The translations under genes were made by a program, and so were the position numbers. A model generated the notes under the pieces. It worked only from the letters and a program-made list of their open reading frames with translations. It made no database searches and was not told where the DNA came from. 64,000 bases of DNA from Ranitomeya imitator (taxonomy: Eukaryota), in assembly GCF_032444005.1 (NCBI RefSeq), contig NC_091286.1:170004001-170068000 (forward strand), read 5' to 3'. Positions 1 to 11,705 of the stretch are shown here, piece after piece; the stretch's first letter is position 1, and each line of letters starts with the position of its first letter.

Positions 1-770
1 CACGAGTCTACTTGGTTTCACGACCGTGGGTTTTTCAGTTTCCGTTTTTGCTCCTTGTCTTCCAGAGTCTTAACTTTTTTATTTTCGCCGTGTGAGAGCT
101 TGCTTTTTTGTGGGATAAGTTGTACTTTTGACTGACAGCACTGGTTTTACCATAGCATGTACCGGAAAAAGGGTAAAAAAAAAAATCCAAGTGCAGTGAA
201 AATGCAAAAAAAGAGAAATTCCACAATAGTTTTTTTGTGTTTGTTTTTTTCTTACCAAGTTTCACCAAATGCTAAAACTGACCTGCCACTATGATACTCC
301 AGGCCATTACGAGTTCGCAGGTATCAAACATGTTTAGGTTAAGTTGTGAAAAAAATCTAAACTTTGCCAAAAATAAATGTCGCCATTTGATGAGACCTGC
401 AGCATCTCCATCTTTTGGGATATGGGGCTGGGTCAGGGCTTATTTTTTGCACGCTGAGCTGGTGTTTTTATCAATACCATTTTGGAGTAGCTATGGTCTT
501 TTGATCGCCTGTTATTGCATACCATTGCAATGTTGTGGCAGCCAAAATAAAAGGAATTCTGGAGTCTTGATTTTCTCGTTAAGACGTTTACCGATAGGAT
601 TAATTATTTTTCTACATTGATAGATTGCGCATTTCTGAACACGGTGATACCAAATGTGTATTTTTTTATTGTTTTATTTGGATCATGTGAATGGGGGGCA
701 TTTTGAACATACATACTTTTTTTTTTTTTTTTACTTTACACATGCTTAAATAGTCTCTGTAGGAGACTTA

Positions 771-1132
771 GGCTATGTGCACACTTTGCAGATTCCACTG
801 CGGATTTTTCCGCAGCGGAATTGCAAAATCCGCAGTGAAAACCCATCGCGGTTTTTACTGCGGATTTATCGCGGTTTTTACTGCGTTTTCTTCTGCGGAT
901 TTTCAACTGCAGTTTTCTATTGGAGCAGCTGAAAATCCGCAGAAAAGAAGTGACATGCTGCGGAATGTAATCCGCAGCGTTTCCGCGCGGATTTTTCTGC
1001 AGCATGTGCACAGCGTTTTTTGTTTCCCATAGGTTTACATTGAAATGTAAACTCATGGGAAACTGCTGCGGATCCGCAGCGGTCAAATCCGCTGCGGATC
1101 CGCAGCTCTATCCGCAAAGTGTGAATATAGCC
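771..1132. mobile_element. Palindromic MITE (PIF/Harbinger-like)
   Basis: TIRs ggctatgtgcacac / gtgtgaatatagcc, flanked by tta and taa, with an internally self-complementary gcggat/atccgc-rich body. Same family at 50595 and 55091. Confidence 0.75.
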
Positions 1133-1738
1133 TAAAAGCTGAGATCATCAGATCGCCTGTGCAAAAATGACCACCAACTACCGGTCGCATTCAGGCAATG
1201 GCAACCACAGGGATCTCCTGCAGTCCCGGGTTGTTATGTTAACCTATCGGCCACTCACGGTCTTGTGACACAGAAATCGACGGGCGAGATTAGTGACTTG
1301 ATACTGGCATAACCGATTGGTGTCGCAGGTCCGGGTCTGGTGCCTCCCATCGTCTTGCGATGCCAACCTCCTGTTGCTTCAATGCTCCCCGGCATCACGC
1401 TTCTAGCGCAGCATACTTATCTGCCCTGTTGAGGGCAGAGTAAAGTACTGCAATGCGCAGGCGCTGGGAAAGGTCAGAGATGCCCAGCGCCCGCGCAATG
1501 CAGTACTTTCTTCTGCCCTCACCAGGGCAAATAAGTATGCCCACGCAGGAGCGCGATGCCAGGCAGACATAAAGCAAGTAGGGGCGGCATCACAAGAAGA
1601 TGAGAGGCGCCGGACCCGGACCTGCAACACCCATTGGACCGGACCGCCCCCCCCCCAACCCCGGGTGAGTATAATAAAACTTATTTTTCTTGTCTTTCAG
1701 GTCAGACTGGGGGCTTATCTACAGCATTATAGAATGCT

Positions 1739-2648
1739 ACAGAGAAGATGTGGAAACCACAAAGAAAACGACCAACAAGGGTAACTATAATCAAAATACA
1801 AAACTCTTTATTCAATATACATATTAAAAATTACTATGACATAAATAGGACACAGATGGGGAAATGGATTAGGTCACAATACAGGTACTCCCCTATAGAA
1901 AATGTGTGGGCCTAGTACTGGCTCCCTATAAAATGTGAAAACAGAGTATAGATATTGGGAGGAAACACCAAAAGTAATGGAATGGCTAAGGTAAGTGTGA
2001 AACACACTACATACCCCTGAATGCTGTGCCCTGGAACCAACGGATATATAATGTATAAGTCTCCATCACGCCCATTAGACTATAGTACACATGTAAAAAA
2101 TAAGGCCCAGAGAACTTAGACTGCTATGAACGTCCAGAATGACCGCTGGAACCAAGCAAGTGAAACATGGAGTAAACCAGGTTGATAGACAACAAAAGCC
2201 ATACCCGAAAACACTAACCCCGACACCAGGAGAACAGCCAGGAAGGTGCACATGCACCCATATACATGAAAGCAGATGACATAGTCTAATCTTAATTACC
2301 TGGTCCTGGGCGGTTTAGCAGGTGTGAGCCAAGTGCGCGGCCGACACGTCTACCCGACGCGCGTTTCGGAGCCGGGGCTCCTTCGTCAGGGGTGCGTGCC
2401 TGTATTGTGACCTAATCCATTTCCCCATCTGTGTCCTATTTAGGTCATAGTAATTTTTAATATGTATATTGAATAAAGAGTTTTGTATTTTGATTATAGT
2501 TACCCTTGTTGGTCGTTTTCTTTGTGGTTTCCACATCTTCTCTGTACTATACAGCTACGACTGGTACGGTTAATAGTCCGGCAAGTGAGCAGCAGTGAGT
2601 GCCTAAATTCACCTTACTCACGTTATGTTGCCCTTGAGCACCGCCATT
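1739..2648. mobile_element. Penelope-like element remnant with inverted pseudo-LTR arrangement
   Basis: 147-bp inverted arms 1739-1885 and 2399-2545 (one mismatch seen); 16-bp direct flanking duplication agcattatagaatgct at 1723-1738 and 2649-2664; contains a hammerhead motif and AATAAA. Confidence 0.7.
2352..2393 (-). ncRNA. Type I hammerhead ribozyme motif (Penelope-associated, minimal type)
   Basis: Minus strand: ACCC CUGACGA A GGAGC CCCG GCUCC GAAAC GCGC GUC^GGGU. Core boxes, helix I (ACCC/GGGU), helix II (5 bp) and a short palindromic helix III are present; one extra A after the core. Confidence 0.7.
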
Positions 2649-3255
2649 AGCATTATAGAATGCTGTAGATGAACTCTGAAAGGCGGTGGCCCTATCTTAC
2701 AGTATATCGGCCAAAACTGCTGACAGGTTCGCTTTAACCCCTTTCTGACATGGGACGTACTATCCCGTTGAGGTGGGGTGGGCCCCCATGACCACGGACG
2801 GGATAGTACGTCCAGCGCGATTGGCGGCGCTCACGGGGGGAGCGCCGCCGATCACGGCCGGGTGTCAGCTGTTTATCGCAGCTGACATCCGGCACTATGT
2901 GCCAGGAGCGGTCACGGACCGCCCCCGGCACATTAACCCCTGGCACACCGCGATCAAAGATGATCGCGATGTGCCGGCGGTGCAGGGAAGCTTCCCGCAG
3001 GGAGGGGGCTCCCTGCGGGCTTCCCTGAGCCCCCCGCAGCAACGCGATGTGATCGCGTTGCTGCGAGGGTCTCACCTCCCTCCCTGCTTCCTCCAGCCCC
3101 GGATCCAAGATGGCCACGGATCCGGGTCCTGCAGGGAGGGAGGTGGCTTCACAGTGCCTGCTCAGAGCAGGCACTGTGAAGGCTGCAGCGCTGCATGTCA
3201 GATCAGTGATCTGACAGAGTGCTGTGCACACTGTCAGATCACTGATCTGTGATGT

Positions 3256-3386
3256 NNNNNNNNNNNNNNNNNNNNNNNNNNNNNNNNNNNNNNNNNNNNN
3301 NNNNNNNNNNNNNNNNNNNNNNNNNNNNNNNNNNNNNNNNNNNNNNNNNNNNNNNNNNNNNNNNNNNNNNNNNNNNNNNNNNNNNA
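3256..3386. other. Assembly gap (N run)
   Basis: Run of N. Confidence 1.
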
Positions 3387-4180
3387 CATATTTAGTATCG
3401 CCGCGTCCGTAACGGCCCAACCTATAAAACTGGCCCACTAGTTAACCCCTTCAGTAAACACCGTAAGAAAAAAAAAAAAACGAGGCAAAAAACAACGCTT
3501 TATTATCATACCGCCGAACAAAAAGTGGAATAACACGCGATCAAAAAGACAGATATAAATAACCATGATACCGCTGAAAGCGTCATCTTGTCCCGCAAAA
3601 AACGAGCCGCCATACAGCATCATCAGCAAAAAAAAGAAAAATTAAAGTTATGAGACTAAAGCGATGCAAAAATAATTATTTTTTCTATAAAATAGTTTTT
3701 ATCGTATAAAAGCGCCAAAACATAAAAAAAATGATATAAATGAGGTGTCGCTGTAATCGTACTGACCCGAAGAATAAAACTGCTTTATCAATTTTACCAA
3801 ACGCGGAACGGTATAAACGCCTCCCCCAAAAGAAATTCATGAATAGCTGGTTTTTGGTCATTCTGCCTCGCAAAAATCGGAATAAAAAGCGATCAAAAAA
3901 TGTAACGTGCCCGAAAATGTTACCAATAAAAACGTCAACTCGTCCCGCAAAAAAACAAGACCTCACATGACTCTGTGAACCAAAATATGGAAAAATTATA
4001 GCTCTCAAAATGTGGTAACGCAAAAAATATTTTTTGCAATAAAAAGCGTCTTTCAGTGTGTGACGGCTGCCAATCATAAAAATCCGCTAAAAAACCCGCT
4101 ATAAAAGTAAATCAAACCCCCCTTCATCACCCCCTTAGTTAGGGAAAAATTAAAAAAATGTATTTATTTCCATTTTTCCA

Positions 4181-4515
4181 TTAGGGCTAGGGTTAGGGTT
4201 TGGGCTAGGGTTAGGGCTAGGGTTAGGGCTATGGTTAGGGCTAGGGTTAAGGCTACAGTTAGGGTTGGGGCTAAAGTTAGGGTTAGGGCTATGGTTAGGG
4301 CTAGGGTTAGGGCTACAGTTTGGGTTGGGGCTAAAGTTTGGGTTGGGGCTAGGGTTAAGGCTACAGTTAGGGTTGGGGCTAAAGTTACGGTTAGGGTTTA
4401 GATTACATTTACAGTTGGGAATAGGGTTGGGATTAGGGTTAGGTGTGTGTCAGGGTTAGAGGTGTGGTTAGGGTTACTGTTGGGATTAGGGTTAGGAGTG
4501 TGTTTGGATTAGGGC
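4181..4515 (+). repeat. Degenerate telomere-like hexamer array (TTAGGG/CTAGGG/TTGGGG variants) inside the TTAA element
   Basis: Directly visible, e.g. ttagggctagggttagggtttgggctagggttaggg. Confidence 0.9.
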
Positions 4516-4539
4516 TTCAGTTATAATTGGGGGGTTTCC

Positions 4540-6450
4540 ACTGTTTAGGCACATCAGGGGCTCTCCAAACGCGACATGGCGTCCGATCTCAATTCCAGCC
4601 AATTCTGCGTTGAAAAAGTAAAACAGTGCTCCTTCCCTTCCGAGCTCTCCCGTGTGCCCAAACAGGGGTTTACCCCAACATATGGGGTATCAGCGTACTC
4701 AGGACAAATAGGACAACAACTTTTGGGGTCCAATTTCTCCTGTTACCCTTGGGAAAATACAAAACTGGGGGCTAAAAAATAATTTTTGTGGGAAAAAAAA
4801 GATTTTTTATTTTCACGGCTCTGCGTTATAAACTGTAGTGAAACACTTGGGGGTTCAAAGTTCTCACAACACATCTAGATAAGTTCCATGGGGGTCTAGT
4901 TTCCAATATGGATTCACTTGTGGGGGATTTCTACTGTATAGGTACATTAGGGGTTCTGCAAACGCAATGTGACGCCTGCAGACCATTCCATCTAAGTCTG
5001 CATTCCAAATGGCACTCCTTCCCTTCCGAGCCCTCCCATGCGCCCAAAGGGTGGTTCCCCCCAACATATGGGGTATCAGCGTACTCAGGACAAATTGGAC
5101 AACAACTTTTGGGGTCAAATTTCTCCTCTTACCCTCGGGAAAATACAAAACTGGGGGCTAAAAAATAATTTTTGGGGGAAAGATTTTTTTTTCAATTTTC
5201 ACGGCTATGCGTTACAAACTGTAGTGAAACACTTGGGGGTTCAAAGCTCTCACAACACATCTAGATGAGTTCCTTAGGGGGTCTAGTTTCCAAAATGGTG
5301 TCACTTGTGGGGGGTTTCTACTGTTTCGGTACATTAGGGGCTCTGCAAACGCAATGTGACACCTGCAGACCATTCCATCTGAGTCTGCATTCAAATGGCA
5401 CTCCTTCCCTTCCGAACCCTCCCATGCGCCCAAACAGTGGTTCCCCCCACATATGGTGTATCATCGCACTCAGGACAAATTGGGCAACAAATTTTGGGGT
5501 CCAATTTCTCCTGTTACCCTCGGGAAAATACAAAACTGGGGGCTAAAAAAATAATTTTTGTGGGAAAAATTTTTTGTTTTATTTTTACGGCTCTGCATTA
5601 TAAACTTCTGTGAAGCACTTGGTGGGTCAAAGTGCTCACCACACATCTAGATAAGTTCCTTAGGGGGTCTACTTTCCAAAATGGTGTCACTTGTGGGGGG
5701 TTTCAATGTTTAGGCACATCAGTGGCTCTCCAAACGCAACATGGCGTCCCATCTCAATTCCTGTCAATTTTGCATTGAAAAGTCAAACGGCGCTCCTTCC
5801 CTTCCGAGCTCTCCCATGCGCCCAAACAGTGGTTTACCCCCACATATGGGGTATCAGTGTACTCAGGACAAATTGTACAACAACATTTGGGGTCCAATCT
5901 CTTCTCTTACCCTTGGGAAAATAAAACATTGGGGGCGAAAATATAATTTTTGTGAAAAAATATTATTTTTTATTTTTACAGTTCTACATTATAAACTTCT
6001 GTGAATACTTGGTGGGTCAAAGTGCTCACCACACATCTAGATAAGTTCCTTAAGGGGTCTACTTTCCAAAATGGTGTCACTTGTGGGGGGTTTCAATGTT
6101 TAGGCACATCAGGGGCTCTCCAAACGAAACATGGCGTCCCATCTCAATTCCAGTCAATTTTGCATTGAAAAGTCAAATGGCGCTCCTTCGCTTCCGAGCT
6201 CTGCCATGCGCCCAAACAGTGGTTTACCCCCACATGTGGGGTATTGTCGTGCTCAGGACAAATTGTACAACAATGTTTGGGGTCTATTTTCTCCTGTTAC
6301 CCTTGGTAAAATTAAACAAATTGGAGCTGAATTAAATTTTTTGTGAAAAAAAGTTAAATGTTCATTTTTATTTAAACATTCAAAAAATTCCTTTGAAGCA
6401 CCAGAAGGGTTAATAAACTTCTTGAATATGGTTTTGAGCACCTTGAGGGG
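4540..6450 (+). repeat. About five tandem ~390-bp units inside the TTAA element
   Basis: Anchor ctccttcccttccga (and variants) recurs at 4629, 5015, 5401, 5793 and 6183. Confidence 0.9.
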
Positions 6451-7119
6451 TGTAGTTTTTAGAATGGTGTCACACTTGGGTATTTTCTATCATATAGACC
6501 CCTCAAAATGACTTCAAATGAGATGTGGTCCCTAAAATAAAATGGTGTTGTAGAAATGAGAAATTGCAGGTCAATTTTAACCCTTATAACTCCCTAACAA
6601 AAAAAAATTTTGGTTCCAAAATTGTGCTGATGTAAAGTAGACATGTGGGAAATGTTACTTATTAAGTATTTTGTGTGACATATCTCTGTGATTTAATTGC
6701 ATAAATATTCAAAGTTGGAAAATTGCGAAATTTTCATAATTTTCGCCAAATTTCCGTTTTTTTCACAAATAAACGCAGGTACTATCAAAGAATTTTTACC
6801 ATTGTCATGAAGTACAATATGTCACGAGAAAACAATGTCAGAATCACTGGGATCCGTTGAAGCGTTCCAGAGTTATAACCTCACAAAGGGACAGTGGTCA
6901 GAATTGTAAAAATTGGCCCGGTCATTAACGTGCAAACCACCCTTGGGGGTAAAGGGGTTAAATACACCTTCCCACCTGCTTGGTTTCCATCTATTTACTC
7001 TCTTCTCTGGTTGTTTGATGCCAAAGCTGTCAAAGATGACTTTGTTTGAACAGTCACTCGGTGATGACAATAGTCCCTTTAGTTGTTTATTGATTATGTG
7101 TTTTTAAATACTTCTTCTG

Positions 7120-7390
7120 CTACCAATATAGGTGAAACTGAGGACTAAGAACACTATATGTGTTCGAAACGCGTCCAGTTACTTAAGACATCCCTTCCTT
7201 CGGTATGCACCGGTTTGTCAAGCAGCTTATTTTTTAACGTGTCCAATTAAAGACTTTTGATTGTATTTCCTGAGCTGGATACCTTCATTTTCATGCACAA
7301 GTGCCTGGCGTCAAGCAGAGACATTTCCGTGCTCGGATCAAAATTCTCAAGGGCTGTGAGAATACCATTATAAGGGTGAGCAGAATTATT
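7120..7390 (+). mobile_element. Penelope-like pseudo-LTR remnant
   Basis: ctgagga...gaacac-tatat-gtgttc-gaaacgcgtc hammerhead-like motif followed by attaaagac...gctggatacc...gtgagcag. Confidence 0.4.
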
Positions 7391-8694
7391 TCCTTTTTTC
7401 TACCAATATTAAACCAACATATCTGAGCTGTTATGAACAGAAATTTCACATCTCCAGTGGTGGCACTATGATATTTAACTTCAGATTTACTTTTGTTTTC
7501 CGTTTTTTGGTGACTATGTTGATAAAGTTGTATCACAAAAGAACAGATACCCGATGTAAAATCTTCCAATGTTCCTGATTTACCCATGTGGCACATTTGG
7601 GGCAGATTGGTCCAGACGTTTGGTCGCAAATTACATTTTGCTTTCATGTTCCATGTTTTAGCGAATATCTCGAGAATGCTTATATATTCTGTTATTTTTC
7701 CCCAAAAGCAGAACACAAAAATCAATATGTAATATATGGCCAAAGTGCTGTACCAATCTGACCCAAAATTGCAAAATGGGTAAATCTGATGCTACGGAAA
7801 GTTTTATACCAGGTTTCAGCTCTCTAGGACTTACTGTTATTGACCTGGTGTAAAACCTTTGATGTGCCAGATTTATCCATATTGCACATTTGGGGAAGAT
7901 TTGGTCCTAACTTTATATCTAATTAATATTTGCTTTTGGTTTTGTTTTTTGGCGAATATGTCGACAGTGGTAGGTCCTAGAAAACTGAAACCAAGTGTAA
8001 AACCTTTGGAAGCACAAGTATTTACCCATTTGCAAAATTTAGTGCAGATTGATCCATTCATTTGTCCATGCATAAATAACAGACAACAGAGATATATATT
8101 GTTAGCAATGGCGCAAATCAATATAAAATTGTATTGGTGCACTTAAAAAGTGCAACAATATAGTGGAGTTTCAGCAACATGAAGACAGAATTTTCTAAAA
8201 AGGTTCTCATAGCACCCTACTTTGTAGATGCCAAAGACTAACAGTTGAGTAATGTTATTCTTACATGAATCTGATGAGCAAATACCTTGCATGCCATTTA
8301 TCCTGTATAGTTATATAAAACCATATCTGGACTGACAAAATACCAATTGTGCAAAACCCCTTCTATGATCAGTGACATTTGAGAGGAGGGGAGGTGGGTG
8401 TTGTTTGAAGAGCACAGAGATTATTCATGGGAAAAGACCAATTCATCAGATCTCAAAGAGGACAGGACAGTAGAATACTTCACAGTTTATATTTAGTCAA
8501 AAGATCCAATTTATTGGAAAATTAAGAAGCCGAGACTCAGGAGGCCAAATCCTATACATAGGGAGTATGTTTATCGTGAACGGTGGAACTTGCGTTCGAT
8601 TTCTGTATGTACTTGGCTTTGGACAGTTTTGGGGCCATTTCTTAGAGGTCAATTATATGTAGAGATTATTTCCTGGATATCCCAAGCCTTATAC

Positions 8695-10090
8695 CAGGGG
8701 TCTCAAACACGCGGCCCGCCTGCGACCCCTCCGGCTGCTTCATGCGGCCCGCTGGCACATAGACCCCGTAACGATCGCGCTCACTCCAGCAGATGCCGAC
8801 ATCTGCGCTGTAGTGCAGTGTATTGCCACGCAGAGACTGGCTCTCTGCACAGCAATAATAGTGTCAGCCGCCTGCCTATCAGGGGCCTACAGCTGACATC
8901 TGCGCATGGCAGTGACGTCATACGCCGCTGCGCCGGGACGCAGATGTCAGCTGCTGGCCTCTGATAGGCCGGCGGCTGACACTAGTACTGCTGTGCCGAG
9001 AGCCGGTCTCTGCGCTGCAATACACTGCACTACAACGCGGATGCCAGCGACTCCTGGACCGGGCTGCGATCATCAAGGGGTTTATGTGTCGGCGGGCCAC
9101 AGGAGCAGAAAGGATGCCATGAGAACAGACAACAGGTGAGAAGAATCTTTTTTTTTTCTTCTCTGTTATGTCTATGTGAAAATGGGGGGGGACCTGTCTG
9201 CAATATATGGGGGAACCTGGATGGGGCACATGTCTGCAATATATGGGGGTGACCTGGATGGGGGACATGTCTGCAATAAATGGGGGGGGACCAGGATGGG
9301 GGACATGTCTGCAATATATGGGGGGACCTGGATGGGGCACATGTCTGCAATATATGGGGGGACCTGGATGGGGCACATGTCTGCAATATATGGGGGAACC
9401 TGGATGGGGGGCATGTGTGCAATATAAGGGGGGACCTGGATGGGGTACCTGTCTAATATATGGGGGTGACCTGGATGGGGGACATGTCTGCAATAAATGG
9501 GGAGGACCAGTATGGGGAACATGTCTGCAATATATGGGGGGACCTGGATGGGGCACATGTCTGCAATATATGGGGGAACCTGGATGGGGGGCATGTGTGC
9601 AATATAAGGGGGGACCTGGATGGGGCAAGATACTGCAAGATGGGGACCAGCATGGAGCATTACTACAAGATAGGGACCAGCATGGGGCATTACTACAAGA
9701 TAGGGACTAGTATGGAGCATTACTACAAGATAGGGACCAGTATGGGGCATTACTACAAGATAGGGACCATTATGGGGCATTACTACAAGATAGGGACCAG
9801 CACGGGGCATTACTTCAAGATAGGGACCAGCATGGGGCATTACTACAAGATAGGGACCAGCATGGGGCATTACTACAAAATAGGGACCAGCATGGGGCAT
9901 TACTACAAGATAGGGACCAGCATGGGGCATTGCTACAAGATGGGGACTAGTATGGGGCATTACTACAAGATAGGGACCAGCATGGGGCCTCACTACAAGA
10001 TAAGGAATTTTGTCATGCAAATAATGCGGCCCTCAAAATTAAATGTTTTTCTGTGTGCGGCCCATATACCCAGCAAGTTTGAGACACCTG
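8695..10090. mobile_element. Non-autonomous hAT element containing minisatellites
   Basis: TIRs caggggtctcaaac / gtttgagacacctg; 8-bp TSD ccttatac (8687-8694) and ccttattc (10091-10098). Confidence 0.8.
9180..10000. repeat. Two adjacent ~30-bp minisatellites (gggggacctggatggggcacatgtctgcaatatat-like, then atggggcattactacaagatagggaccagc)
   Basis: Directly visible. They generate the repetitive spurious ORFs at 8918-10248. Confidence 0.92.
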
Positions 10091-10127
10091 CCTTATTCTT
10101 TCCCCTGGCCATAGTACTGCCTTGTTA

Positions 10128-11703
<1,576 letters not shown>

Positions 11704-11705
11704 TA

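Larger units (their letters stand above)
2738..6957 (+). mobile_element. Non-autonomous TTAA-target (piggyBac-like) DNA element, complete
   Basis: TTAA at 2734-2737 and 6958-6961, termini CCCCTT...AAGGGG, no transposase ORF, internal telomere-like array and ~390-bp repeats. Inverted copy at 24350-28042. Confidence 0.8.

Noticed and set aside
2734-3438. ORFs spanning N runs (also 44884-45180)
   Set aside because: Artefacts of translating through assembly gaps.
4265-4459. Gly-Leu repeat ORF, or a true chromosome end
   Set aside because: It is the translation of a degenerate hexamer array internal to a transposon, with unique flanks on both sides.
8500-8620. Faint L1-like peptide (YWKIKKPRLRR)
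   Set aside because: Too short and degenerate to support a call.
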